Shown in pieces: positions 37,701 through 51,289 of a stretch of 64,000 bases of DNA. The stretch comes from Schmidtea nova (taxonomy: Eukaryota): NCBI GenBank assembly GCA_044892505.1, contig CM097882.1:260338001-260402000 (forward strand). Reading direction: 5' to 3'. Every line of letters begins with the position of its first letter. Position 1 is the stretch's first letter. Position numbers and translations under genes: made by a program. The notes below the pieces were generated by a model. It did no database searches. It was not told the origin of the DNA and was given only the letters and a program-made list of their open reading frames with translations.

Positions 37701-38089
37701 CAAGTAGTATGATGTAGAATGCACAAATAAATGAATGAGTAATTTCTAATAATTAACGACGATTGTATGTTGGAAAAATCGACGGCACTGAATAAAAGCA
37801 ACAATACAATCGTAAATCAATTTTTGCGCTCGATTGATGAGGCGGATTTAATTTCTAATCTACACAGCCGTGTCTTACCTCAACGGACAGTCTGTAGCGG
37901 AACAACGGGTGAGAAAGAAAATTGATCCGATTTTCCCATGTACTGAGATTTTCGTGCCATGCCAACAGCTGTCGACAGTCGACTTGTGAATAAAAATTCT
38001 AGAAATCATTTCTATAAAAGTCGTCATTAACAAACTCGTGTTTTAGAAAGAAGAATCCAATTCGAAAATCCTCGCTAGAAGACCGGATC

Positions 38090-38676
38090 ATGAATATCTA
38101 TAAAACTACTATGTGTACAAGTGAACTTGCACGTTACCAGGAAACCGAAGCCATACGTCCAACCGTTTATTATCAAAACGGAAGGATCAACCGACCAGGA
38201 ATCTGGGCTCTGAAGCACGCCCCTTCCGACGTTCTTTATGACATTCACCTCCAGGCGAAAAACGGAGAAATGAATTCAAAAGGAAAGCACATTTCGGAAT
38301 GTGGTAAAATCTCTATGAAGAGCTACATTTGAAGGAGGGCCTTTATGGCCTGAAACTCATAGTATTAATATGCCACGATGACAAAACAATACCACGCTGG
38401 ATCCTTTCTTTCTCTCGGATCCCAGCCAATGAATTTCACCAATTAGACTACATCCTCCTCGGTATGCCTAGGCGATTCTATGGCAGTGAACTGCAAGAGT
38501 TCTGCAATCTACCACTCCCAATGCCAGAAGATTGGCGCAATTCATCCGAGTGAGTCCAGAGCGTACAGATATGGGAGATTTTTCTGTACAGTTCACGACT
38601 CTGTTGGACCCCCAATCCAGACTTATACCAGACAAACGGGACCCTGAAACAGGAATCCGAAATATATCAGGAATGA
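38090..38676 (+). pseudogene. ORF A family, one frameshift and one stop
   Basis: Clear homolog of 176-742 (see that alignment); ALKHAP motif. Confidence 0.75.
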
Positions 38677-39163
38677 TCTCTTCAGAACCACAGTCCAGCG
38701 AGTCGAGATTAACAAGTCTACATCCTGTCGCCAAATCAAAACATGAATTACTTTACGATATTGTCCAAACTTTATATGTTCTATCCTGATATTTGATTTT
38801 TATTTTTAATTAAATACATTTGGTTTTAGTTTGTGTGCGGAATTTTGATTGATGTCTGAATGGAATTGTATGAATGAGGGAGGTCTGAGGGTGAAAGCGA
38901 CTTACCCGAAACATGTATGTCAGAACGATATGATGAGTGAAATTTCCGGCGGCGAAAGTTGGTATAAAGGCACATTGCCTGAATCGATATCAGATAATTA
39001 AGTTGTTCCCAGGAAGGAAAATAAGCTAAGGGGAAAGTAATGCGCCAGTAGCGTAAATGTTGCCACTTTAAAAGTGCTATGTAATTTCCAAAAATTTCCA
39101 AATAGATCATATTAAACAAACGATCGATTCAACTAACAAGCGAAACTACAGAGACACATCACA

Positions 39164-39412
39164 TTGTTAGAAGGGAAAATAAACAGGCAGGCGCTCGAAA
39201 TCGAGGAGTTAAGGCAAACGTGGTTTAGCCCGGCCGCAATGAAAGAGGTGCTAAAGAGTAAAGATAGAACGAAACGAGCCTTCGGCGAACAGACCGCGAA
39301 TTTGTCGGCCACTAAATTGGAATTATACCGCTGCCTGAGATCGATCTCAGACGACTTTATAACCAGATATCTGAAAGATCAATACGTTCGAACGTTGGAC
39401 GCCGTCACGTAA
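39164..39412 (+). pseudogene. ORF B family, C-terminally truncated
   Basis: QTWFSPAAMK...TKLELYRCLRSISDDFITRYLKDQ. Confidence 0.7.
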
Positions 39413-40532
39413 TTAATTAAACGCAAACTGAGGAAGTACTGCCTGCAGCGAGAACCGAGAAAAAAATTAAATTAAATTTACGTATAGAGGGTTGCTATTA
39501 TTAGTTAACACTTTGGCAGACAATTACCACAAATGCAGTCAGATTAGATTATATTTTCAGATACATTACTGCATTTGCAGACATTAAAAAATTGTATTCA
39601 TACTTTCATGTCTCAAATACAGACTAATTTTATATTCAAATAAATATTAGTAGATAATTTCTGTAGCTATAAGTCATGCATTTTTATGTCAAAAATTAAT
39701 AATTTGAAAAAGCTTCTGTAAAAATAATATTCTTTTATAGAACAATTTTATTTAAAAATTACCTTTAATGTGAAAGTATTTATAGGATAGAATATATACA
39801 CTAATTATTAAAAATAAAATATGTACTTTTTCAAAAATTTCTCCTTTAAAACATTAAACATTATCCTATAACTTAATTGCATCATTTTTCTATATTATCG
39901 TAGTTAATTTTTGGTTTAATTTATATTTTAGAATAATTCTTACGCTAACATATATATATATAATCAAACAAATCCTTAAAAAATTACAGAAAACTATAAG
40001 AAAAAGCTATAAATAAAATTAGCATTTTTATTAAAAATATAATCATCTGAAATAGATCAAAAAAAAGCTCCAATTATGTATACGTTAATTTTGTTTAGTT
40101 ATCATTAATAAACAAATTTAATAAAAAATAACTTACTTCACTTAAAATGTTATAGTGCTTTGTAATTTAAATGTTTAATTTTAATGTATACATATATAAA
40201 TATATATTTATTTTTTTTAAACAAAGTTATTTAAATAAAGCTGCATTTAATATATAACAAAGTAATTTAAATAAAGTAGCAATTAATATTTATCCGGAAA
40301 GGAACTTTATTCTAAATTTTTTTATCTATCTATCTATCTATCTCTTTATATATACCGTATAAAGATGAGCAGAATTTCCTATAATATAAAATTAAATTAC
40401 ACTATAGAAATTCCAAACACTCATCTGTGTGTTATCGGTGTGCTAACATTGATTAACATTTTTTATTATGTGGTAGACAAAAAGGATAGAATAATTTTGT
40501 AAACCACAAAAGGAATTATATAGAAAAAACTG

Positions 40533-43500
40533 AGTAATGTAATGATTATTAAAAAACAATGTTGTTTAAATAATCAACAAGAACGAGTTGTTTTTAAAAA
40601 TAAATATTATTATTCTTGATGTCTGATATTAAGATAGTTACTGGCAACCACGCCGAAATTAACGCAGTTAAAACACGTAGCCAAGATAAGAAATCGGCAA
40701 GAGATGTTTTACCAAAGAAGGCTCAAGAAATCTTAGATGTTGAAATTCGTAGATACGATGGAAGATGCGCTAAGGAAGCAGAAAAATGGATTAAAGCGAT
40801 CGATGATTGGATTATAAGAAATGATCTAAAACGGACGGAAGCTTTTGATTTGTTCTTATCGGAAGAAGCGTCAATCTTGTGGAAGAATGTCAAAACCGAA
40901 GACACATCAGAGGATGATGCTAGAGAATGGTTTATAGAAACATTCACTATAAAAAAAGTCAATATTAGATAAAATCAAGGATCTTGCAACTATCAGACAA
41001 GATGACAACGAATGTTTTGCTACTTTCGAGATTCGAGTTCTCAAAATTGTGGAAGAAGTTTTATATTCAGGATTGTCAAAGGAAGAAATTGTAAGTGAGA
41101 TTATTATGCACAGAGTGAGAGATAAAAGATTAAAAGAGGTACTTACGACGAAACCTAAGATGGATCACAAAGAGAGAAGTGATTTAGCAAAAATTTATGA
41201 GAAACAGAGGACAGATCTGAAGAAATTTTGGCAGTGAAGCCAATGTCATATGCGGAAAAATTCAAAGAAGGTCTAAGGAATCGAGAGGAATTGGAGAGAG
41301 GAAAGCAAAGACTATATATACGAAAAGAACCCAGAAGTTTCGAAAACAAAGTAGAATACGGAAGATATGGACAACCAGAGTCCCAAAGATGGAAAGGACA
41401 GCAGACGGGTGAAAAGAAGATGCTAACTGTATCTCTGAAACATATAGCCAAACGGTTATACAACAGACATATGGGGTTACCAGAACCAAGGCCATGCGAA
41501 CTCAAATCAGGTCAATGTTTTTGTTGCGGAGAAGAAGGACATAGGCGTTTTGAATGTCATTTAAAGGATAAATGCTTGATTTGCGGGAAGAACGGACACA
41601 ATTTTAGAAATTGTAACCTGAATGGACGACGAGGTTACAACACCAACGTCAAGAAGATATCATGTATACACGAAGAAACGGAGGATCGCAGATATAAATG
41701 AAGAAATTCGAAATGACAGGAGAAGAAGCATGAAGTATCAGACGAGCGATGGAAGAAAATGGAGTAAGATGGTTATTAATACGGTTGAAGTAGAAATGTT
41801 ATGGGATTCGGGGGCATCAATATCAGTGATGAATGAAGAAACATGGATAAACATCGGAAAACCGAGGTTAGATGCAAGAGATATGTCGATCTGTGGCGTT
41901 TTTCCAGGAAGTAAAAGACCACTGGGACGTACGATGATAGAGGCGAAATGGAACCAAAAACAGAGGAACATATGTATTGTTGTTATGAGGGATATTTGAC
42001 CAGGATTTATTGGTGGAGTAGATACAATGAAAGCGTTCGGCATACAACTGATGGAAGTGAAAAGTATTGAAGACAATGAAATCAAGACAAACATCAACGA
42101 CAAAGACCGACTATTAAAAGCGAAAACAGACTTGCTGAAAGAGGAAAATATCGAGCTCAAGAAATTAATCACGGATTTTGCTTGAATATTTATGGCAAAC
42201 AAATTCGATTTAGGATATACCACGACGGTAGTACATAAAATTAAAACGACTGGTAATCCTGTGATGCAATATCCACGACGACAACCGATGCATCTGGAAC
42301 GGAAGGTAGATGACTTAATACAAAAGTTAGTAGAAGCAAGGGTGATCAGGCGATGTCAGGGTCCATGGAACGCACCATTAGTCATAGTAGGAAAGAAAGA
42401 CGGATCGATCAGAATGTGTGCGGATTATCGGAGTCTAAATAGTCTGACAGAGAAGGAATCTTTTCCGATGCCGAATATCACACAGGTACTGGATTGCTTG
42501 GCCGGAGCGAAGTTTTTCTCATCATTGGATCTGGGTCAAGCATATTATCAAGTGGCATTGGCAGCAAAGTCACAGGTGAAAACCGCGTTTAGTACGAAAA
42601 GCGGGCAGTTCTGTTTTGAGCGATTACCGTTCAGATTGACAACAGCTCCAGCTACATTTCAGAGATTCATGAATACTATGTTAGAAGGTATTCTTTTTAA
42701 TGGGACGGTGGTATATTTAGATGACATCCTCATATACCGGAAGGATAAATCGGAACATGACAGCCGGCTAAAAGAAGTTTTTGAAAGAATCAAAGGTACT
42801 GGCGTGAAGATAAATTCGGAAAAAATGTAAGATCTACAAGGATAAGTTAATATTTTTAGGGCATACCGTGAGTGAGTTCGGTATTCAAACTAACGAAAAA
42901 AAGATACGGGTGATTAAGGAAACTACAAGATCAAAATGTGCGAAACAACTACGCTCATTTTTGGGACTGACGAATTATTATCGAAGATTTGTCAAAGATT
43001 ATGCGTGTCTGGCATCACCACTATATGCAGCAACAACGGGGTGTGATAAGACCTTACAATGGTCTCAAAAATGTGAAACAAGTTTCGAGAATTTAAAAGA
43101 AGCCCTGATGAAAACATCTATACTGGATTACCCTAGGATGGACAGGGTATTTGTCTTAGATACGGATGCTTGTTTTGAAGCGGTAGGTGCTGTTCTGAGT
43201 CAAATCACAGAGGAAGGTAAAGAAGTAGTAATTGCGTATGAGCCGAGACACCTCACATTACACGAAAAAGGGTATTGTGTGACCAGAAAGGAATTGCTTG
43301 CATTGCATGAGTATGTTACTTATTTTCGTCAATACTTATATGGGAAGGAGTTCATAGCGAGAACCGACCACAAGGCGCTTGTATTTATGAATACGACAAA
43401 GAAAGCGATAAGTCCACAATTCCAAACATGGATGGTGAACTTATCAGAATATAATTTTAAATTGCAGTATCGGAAAGGAGTAGAACATGGGAATGCCGAT

Positions 43501-44923
43501 AGATTGTCGAGAATTGGAGGAATATTGTGCGCACAATGTCAAACACAACACGAAGAGCCGAAGAAGGAAAGAGCTAGGGTACGATATATTAATTCGATAC
43601 AAAAAACTGGCACCATGATGAAAATTATGGAAGAACAAAAGAAGGACAAGGGGTTTCAAGGAGAAAGGAATTATATCAATGAATTTTTGAATGAGGAAGA
43701 AGATTTTTTCAAGAAATCTTTCCTATATGCTCACAAAGACAGATTGAAGATCAACGGTGACCTAATTACCGTAGAGAGAGAATCCAATGATTTAGTAGCA
43801 GTTCCAGAGAGCCATCAAAAACAACTGGTTAAGAAGATTCATGAAGAATTATGCCATGTGGGGGGAAAAAAATTTTTCATTACATGGAAAATAGTTTTTT
43901 CTGGCCAAAGATGTGTGAAACAGTAAGACACGTTGTAAAAGAATGTAGTATATGTGCGAGAAGGAAAATAGATCAAGGAAGAACGAAAGAACTTTTTATT
44001 CCACGCGGAAGTATTGAGTTTCTGGAACAAATTGTAGTTGATGTAGCACACATGGAAAAGACAAGGTCCGGAAAGAGATATGTGGTTGTCATAATAGATC
44101 GGTTCAGTAAATTAGTATGCCTAACTGCGACAGAGAAGCAAGACGAAATGACGATATTCCGAATTATACTTCAAAATTGGATTTATAAATATGGAAAGCC
44201 AGAAAGTATTCTTTCAGACAGAGGGAAAAATTTTGAAGGCAGATATATGAAAGAGAAATTCGAAGTTTTAGGGATTCGTCAAGAATTCTCAGCACCATAT
44301 CAACATCAATCAAATGGATTGGTAGAAAGAGTAATTCGCACGATGAGAGATCTACTGGTGACTTCAATTCTTAGTAACAACAGGTGATATGAATGGTGCG
44401 AGATACTTCCAAGCGTGGAATTCAGTATCAATACGACGTTTCAAAGCGCAATTAAATATTCGCCATTTGAGATTGTGTATGGACGGAAAGTGTCACTTCG
44501 TGCCAATGGACAAGGATCAGAGATCAAAGGCCAAAGAGTTGATGAGAAAGTAGTTCAGAATGCTAAGTTAGCGGCGGATAGAATGAGAATTTTAGAAAAA
44601 GATCGAAGAGGTAAACGTTCTTTTGAAGTGGGGGAGGAAGTATTGGTTCGACGGGAGCCACACAGAAGGAATAAGAATGACATACAATACGATGGACCAT
44701 ATAAGATTGTTAGATTTTTGTCAGAACACCAGGTCGAGCTACAATTTCCGGATGCTAGACGACCGAGACGGATAGAGTGGCTGAAGAGATGGCATCAAAG
44801 TTGAGGAGGGGAAAGTAATGTAATGATTATTAAAAAACAATGTTGTTTAAATAATCAACAAGAGCGAGTTGTTTTTAAAAATAAATATTATTATTCTTGA
44901 TGTCTGATATTAAGATAGTTACT
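40533..44923 (+). mobile_element. Ty3/gypsy LTR retrotransposon G2 (paralog of G1, multiply disrupted)
   Basis: 110-bp LTRs (40533-40642, 44814-44923; 1 mismatch), TSD AACTG, PBS TGGCAACCACGC, PPT GAGGAGGGGAA; gag-pol with stops and frameshifts. Confidence 0.96.
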
Positions 44924-45354
44924 AACTGAATGCAAACTTTTAATGAATGCAAATCTAATCAATCACTAGCATCCAATAATAAATCTTACACACACAAAAA
45001 AGTTGATATTTTCTTCATTTTAATTATTTTTTATCGATTTTTAAAATGAAATTAAAAGCAAAATCATTGAAAAAAAATATATTTCAACAGAGCATATTGT
45101 AAGATTTATTTTTCATTTAATAAATAAATAAATCTTTTATAGGAAATCCGATAATTCTGAAGACTTCACGTTAAGCTTTCGGGGAAATGACCAGCCTAAT
45201 TTGTAAAAATTATTTTTTTTAATATATCATTAAATCAAAATCTTTATAGAATATCATTTAATAAAGGGTATACAAGTTCTACAGGGCTTGGTTTGGAAAG
45301 AAAAACTAGAAAAAAAGTAGGTTTTATTGGTTAAAATTTTAAAAATGTTATATT

Positions 45355-45560
45355 GTAACAGAATTTCAGAAGCTGACAAAGTAAAAATCGTGAATGCCAT
45401 GGAAAATGGGGAGGATTATTTTCGATTTGTCAGACTGTTAGGAATTACTAAAAACACAAAAAAAGCAATAGTAGTTAAGTATAAAAAATTTGGCTTTCTA
45501 TCATAAGGGAAAATCGGTTGCAGCAAATCAAAAATTTCCGAAAAAATGGAAACAAACTGT
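45355..45560 (+). mobile_element. Tc1/IS630-type transposase HTH remnant
   Basis: ISEADKVKIVNAMENGEDYFRFVRLLGI...IVVKYKKFG...KISEK. Confidence 0.5.
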
Positions 45561-45900
45561 TAAATTATGTAGATTAATGAATTAGAAAAAGATGGATACA
45601 AAAATCTCAAAAATTATATCCAAAAAGCATATTCATCGCTTTTTTCCCAAAATTCTGCAAAAAATAGATATCTTTGGAGATTAATGTTATTAATGTAATA
45701 AAATAATAAATTTAAATAAAAATATAAATTTTTCTTACTTTATTCGAATATAAATCCTTTTTTTATGTTGATAAATTACTAAAAGTCATATTTTAATGAT
45801 AAATTTAAGTAAATTTCTTACTTAATACAAAGAAAATTCATGAGTAATCATGAATTCGCACACCAACTAGCATTATAGAAGATGCTAGTCATCGTTATAC

Positions 45901-45957
<57 letters not shown>

Positions 45958-46199
45958 ATAAGGGTTGATAAATAAATAGAAAATTAAATTAAAAAGCACA
46001 AAAACTATTTGCAAAATCGATAAAATTAATAATTTTTAATTTAACAATTTACAAAATTAAAAATAAAGATTTAGAGGGGAAACTGGTATGGGAGGATACT
46101 AAATGATGAGACGAATTCAAATATGGGTATATAAAATTAAAAGGGGCCCCAGAAGAATATATTAAGTTAAAACAAACTAATTAATAATAATTAATTACC

Positions 46200-47560
46200 A
46201 AATGAAAAGCCCGACCTAGTGGGAAGCTCAAGCGATGAAGGAAACGCGGGGTATCAACAAATTCAGATAATTAGGGAAATAAATTGATTAATGGAGGAGT
46301 GGCTCTGGGCAAAAGCGAAAATCAAACTTAGCGGCAACTTCAAATTTAATTAACGGACTGAAGGCTTAATTAAGGCACGACAGGTCTAAGCGACAGATCT
46401 CTATAAATGGGGAAGCCAGATTTGCCGTACTCTCCAAGTGGTCGAAGACGAATTTTGAAGTTATAAATCGAGTGAACTATTAGAAGTGAGAGATGGAAAC
46501 TCTAAGAGAAAAATAAAGGTAGTATTCAGATTTACTCTAAGATTGTTGAGTGTATTGGAAAACAATTTAAAAAATAAAGATTATTGTGTTGGATTTTATT
46601 CATTGTTTTGGGAAAAAATTGAGATTTGTTTAAATAAAGTGGTAATACAGCAGATAGAGAGTGTGCAAAAGATAAACTTAAAATTCTATAAGTTAAAACA
46701 CCAAGTAAAACACAGTAACCACAAAAGTTTTATAAAAATTTTATACAAAACTACTAATTTAATTTTGCTTAAAATTAATAAATTTAATTTTGGGAGAATC
46801 GAAAATTCCTTCTAGAACAATTTGCTTGAATACATCATCGAGAACATAAGACAAAACCTGATATAAATACCGCGATCAAAATGAAATATATCAGAATTTG
46901 GAAATTGCCAACTTGGTGAACTCTTGAGAGGCAATTCCCTACACAAATCTTTGAACATCAGAAAGCCAATTGAGAACCGAATCAATATTACGAAGGTCAT
47001 TTCCTAATATTTACTTTTGCAGACGACGGACGAATTAAACGTCAATAAAGAAAATTAACCCAACAAGAAGATTCAGCACAAGTTCTTGCGATCGATATCA
47101 AGTAGATTGCGCTATTGGAATGACAAAATATGCCCTCAAATGTAAGGATTTTTTGATTATGCGCGCATGAGTAGATGGGTCATGCCCCTTGATAACTCAG
47201 TAGAGGTATTTTGGCTCATTTTATTTTTTTTGTTGTTTTGTTATTGTTATGTTCATATACTTAAATTTATTGTTAAATAATTATATTTTCTTTTTGATAT
47301 TAATCGTTGTTACTCGCGTCACAATTCCTCATAAAAATAACCATAATCCTTAGAAAATATTATATTGGCATTATATTAAATAAAAAATTCTTTTTTTCTT
47401 TGCTTCCATACATTATTACGTCAGTCCGGTGCTATGTGCTGTACTGACGGAAGTAGCTTAGGTAGATCACTGTTCAGTTGAGGCCCATCAACCAGCCAGT
47501 CCATATTTTTACCTGAGGTGAGGCCCACACACACTAGTGAACTAGCTTAGTAGTTTGAAT
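46200..47560 (+). mobile_element. 5' fragment of the unclassified element family (promoter, ATG mini-exon, intron, exon 2)
   Basis: 46780-46880 aligns with 54740-54845. Exon 47182-47205|GT...AG|47425 is in frame to CCTDGSSLGRSL...QSIF, which aligns with 55349-55430 with synonymous changes. Confidence 0.55.
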
Positions 47561-48889
47561 TGACATATCAACAATTTACAATGTTTACATTATCTTATGC
47601 TAATAAAAAATCTATTTAACTTTCAATTTTATATTATTGCAATAGAAGATTTATTTAGATTTTAATTCTGTCTTATTCTAATGAAAAATTTATACAAAAT
47701 TATGTCTTATTTTATGCTAAAGAATATTCATTTGAATTTTAGTCAAAATTGTTTTTTATAAAATTTATTTAGATTTTAATTGATATGATAAAAATCTTGA
47801 TTTATCATTATTTAATTTTCCACAAAAAAATTCACTCCTAAAAATATTAAATTTAAAATGTTTTTCAGTCATTACCATTCCCCTTACCGAAACTAAGTAT
47901 ATATATTCATAAAAATTCAAAATCAAACATATTACTTATAAAATTTTTAATTTCATAACATCCTATAACAGTGACTAGCTCACTATTCATGATAACCTAT
48001 AATATTAATTAGCTTCTTGCAATTTATAACATCCTATAACATTAGTTATTTTGTCTGCAACTGTAGTGGTCTAAAAGGTCGATATTGAAGCTTTTCTCAA
48101 AATATTAAAGGAACTGGTTAAATCTTAATTCAGTTTTGGAAAAAAAGAGAGAAACAAACAAATTTATTAATCAAATTCAGTTACATACAATTTGAACGAT
48201 GCGATAAATTCCCAATTCCAAATCAATAAATCAAATCCACAATTATTAAAATGTATCATTTGATAGAATGCCTCAATTCTACTCTTTGATTACTCCTAAC
48301 GGTAACGACATTGTTAGATACATTTTTCAAATTGATTACATTGAAAAAACACTTTATAAATTGGTATAATTGTGTGTTAACATTTCTTTTTGATTTGATT
48401 TAATATTTTTCTTTTGGAATACTTTCGACTTGGACATTTTTCAGTGGTTTTTTTATTTCAATTTATGTTTAAAATAAATACTTGGAATTGAAATTGTAAT
48501 TTTATTTTTTTTGAATGTTAATTAAACAAAGCAACATGTCTAGTTTAAAAGATTTAAATATAAATTCATGTATATTTCTTTTGATATTGGCAGTATTTTG
48601 TGGGGGTTTTGGTGGATGAATTATTCCTCAAGAAAATTGGAATATTTTAATTCTTGAAACAAAAGTTGTACAAATGATTGGATGGTTTCTTGTTAGAACA
48701 GCAATTCCAATTGTATAAAATGTTCTTTTTGGCTTTCTTGGGATTTTGCGAGCATCCAGATATTGTGTGATATCATGCACAATAGTTCTAACTATTAGTG
48801 GAGCATTGCTGTTCGTTTGCAATAATCGATTGGAAGATACGGTGATAGGTCATTTGAAAAAGGAATACAGTCATAATGCTGCACCAAAA

Positions 48890-49606
48890 ATGGTGTCAGA
48901 AGAAAACATCAATGGTCAATCTTCAAGTCAAGATGAAAATCAAACATTTCGCCTCAAAGTTTCACAACAGCCAGCAAGAATGAATAATTATTTTCAATTA
49001 AACTCATCTAACTATAATAATGCAAATACGCTTAGTCAAATCGAAGTCGTTAAGCAAATAGCAGCTACAATGCAACCACTATCATTTCCTATGCATTTAA
49101 TCTATCGACAAAATCAATCGTCAATTCCCATAATTTCAACCCCAGCGCAAGTAAATTGAAACTCTTAAATAGATTGTACGCAAATGGTAAAAATGCCAAC
49201 CAGTTCACAAGACTCAGCCACTAACATTCGACAGGCTTTGTATTTAATAAAACAGAACTTAATCTTTAAAAGCGATTACTCCGAACACGTTTACAATCAT
49301 ATATCAGATGCCTGCAAGTCTACAGCTCCTAATCAGTCTTTAATCGTTAACAACTCAACGAATAGTAGTCTGTCAGCAATAACAATAAGTTTATCTCCAG
49401 CCGCTTCACAGAATCAAAATTCTACAGTTTTTTCAATGAGTAACATCGACGTTCAAACATTAGAAGCGATAAATCGATCGATTTCTCAGCAGAATCCAAA
49501 ACCAATAAATTCAATGCCAGTAAATCCCAATTTTTTTCTCATTCAAGCGGATTCCAAAGTCGCTCAACAGTTGATTAATGGCTCCTCGCACAACGTCGGG
49601 TGTTAA
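48890..49606 (+). other. Q/N/S-rich coding-like segment, probably a host gene fragment
   Basis: Two same-frame ORFs of low-complexity sequence separated by a short stop-containing gap; no recognisable domain. Confidence 0.3.
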
Positions 49607-49714
49607 TTCACAGGGATACATGTCAATTGTTCAAACATCGGAAGCAACACAAATCAACATGAAAAATAGCAATAACATCAAATGTATCGTAATTTTTTCA
49701 CCAGCTCCATCGAA

Positions 49715-50305
49715 AATGAAAAGATCAGTTCTTATACGTAAATCATCAGGACATTGTTGTATAAAGTCAAAAAACAGATATCCATGTGGAATTTTAGTTG
49801 CATCTTGAAATGAATCAAGTAAAGATTTTCTATCATTAGGGTAAGCTTGTCTTGCAAGAAAATCAATAATTGTTACATCTCGTAAGTTTTTGAATATAAC
49901 CAAATATTGTACATTTAAATTCCAGGTTCTATGACTACCCCCTTGATAGAATAAATTTTGAGTAATGAAAATAACTGTAACACGCAAGTGTCTACTAATT
50001 TTTGTAAATATATTGTTGAAATCTTTTTCTTTATTGGCTTCCTGATACAAATCATCGACAATTATAACATCACCATGTTGTAATCTAGATGACCAATTTT
50101 TGTCAAAACCTTTTATAATAGTCATTTTTAATTTACAAGACTGATCCTGAGTCAATACATGTTCTTCATCAGCTCCCCGATGCCAATAAATTTTATTGAA
50201 TTTTGATTTAAACATTTTTTATTGTAATAATTCACATACAAACAAGGTTTTCCCACTCCCGCTGGGTCCTACTATTTGATATACGGCATCATTTCTTAAT
50301 TCCAT
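49715..50305 (-). pseudogene. Polinton/adintovirus A32-type packaging ATPase (one premature TAA)
   Basis: Upstream of the track ORF: MELRNDAVYQIVGPSGSGKT (Walker A); then IIVDD (Walker B), SRH, ITQNLF, GYLFFD, LRIRTDLF. Confidence 0.88.
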
Positions 50306-50361
50306 TTTTAATTAATTAATTAATTAATTAATATTGTTTATATTTGTTTAATTAATCAAAA

Positions 50362-50796
50362 ATGTTGAGCAACATCAATTATAAAGGTAAATGTTTAGTT
50401 CCCGGCATGATATTCCCGAGTGGTAAACCGAAACAAGTTGTTGACAGAAGCGGCAAGTACCCCATCATCTTCTTCAAATCTGGCAAGTGTCGGGTATTGG
50501 GATGCAAACAACCGTTAAAGTTTGGGGATTTGAAATTCAATATTAAAAATTTAGAGATTCAATTAATTACCGTGACTGTTGATATCGGCAAATTTATTAA
50601 TTTATACGAATTACAAAAGAAATGTCGTTGTTGGTTCGAACCAGAAATATTCCCTGCATTACGTCTACAGAAATTTGATCCAGGATGTGTCAATGTCTTT
50701 GGCAGCGGAAAAGTTGTTATATTTGGAATAAAAACTTTGGATTTTAAAAATTATGTGGAGAATATAATTAATGAAATAAATATATTAATTAATTAA
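50362..50796 (+). CDS. Divergent TBP-fold (TATA-binding-protein-like) protein, 144 aa, intronless
   Basis: IIFFKSGKCRVLGCK (repeat 1); IQLITVTVDIG...INLYEL, FEPEIFPAL, VNVFGSGKVVIFGIK (repeat 2). Confidence 0.8.
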   Translation: MLSNINYKGKCLVPGMIFPSGKPKQVVDRSGKYPIIFFKSGKCRVLGCKQPLKFGDLKFNIKNLEIQLITVTVDIGKFINLYELQKKCRCWFEPEIFPALRLQKFDPGCVNVFGSGKVVIFGIKTLDFKNYVENIINEINILIN

Positions 50797-50901
50797 ATAA
50801 ATTTTGTTTGTATTAATTGTTAGTCATTGATTGTGAAAATTTGAAAATGTCTAAAAGTAAGAGTATTTTTATTTTTATGTTAATTTATTCTTTTAGTTTA
50901 T

Positions 50902-51228
50902 TTGCTCGAAGTACTTCTCAAGAAAATTCAAGACTTATACCCAAAGATTAAAAATAATCTCGATTATTGTGCCCCTGAGTTGTTGGTACATAAAATATAC
51001 CAATATACAGGGATCAATATCGAGGAGTTGCTTGAAATGCACTCTGATATGGTACTTGGGGCTGGAGTCAAGTGCGTTGAAAATTGCATTGTTTGTAAGG
51101 AATCAATGCGTGTTTCATGCACCAATGGATGTGCTTGTTGCCACGATTTTAAAAGACAACAATCTGTGCATATCTTGGTTGCTGAAATAAGAAAGGCATC
51201 CTATGATGACCTTTACAATTCAAATTGA
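50902..51228 (+). CDS. Small Cys-rich ORF of the Polinton-like remnant
   Basis: CIVC...C...CACCH; located between the TBP-like gene and PolB. Confidence 0.4.
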   Translation: MLEVLLKKIQDLYPKIKNNLDYCAPELLVHKIYQYTGINIEELLEMHSDMVLGAGVKCVENCIVCKESMRVSCTNGCACCHDFKRQQSVHILVAEIRKASYDDLYNSN

Positions 51229-51289
51229 TTGCCTAAGATTTATTTAAATAAAGATTTATTTTTAAAATTGTGTTTTTTATTGTTTTTAT

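Noticed and set aside
47425-47445. CTGA(C/T)GG and a short hairpin as a possible hammerhead ribozyme
   Set aside because: The core needs CUGANGA plus GAAA; the differences between the two copies are better explained as synonymous codon changes (TDGSS).
49151-49172. Possible 22-nt GT-AG micro-intron in the Q-rich segment
   Set aside because: Splicing it shifts the frame into an immediate stop, so it does not join the two ORFs.
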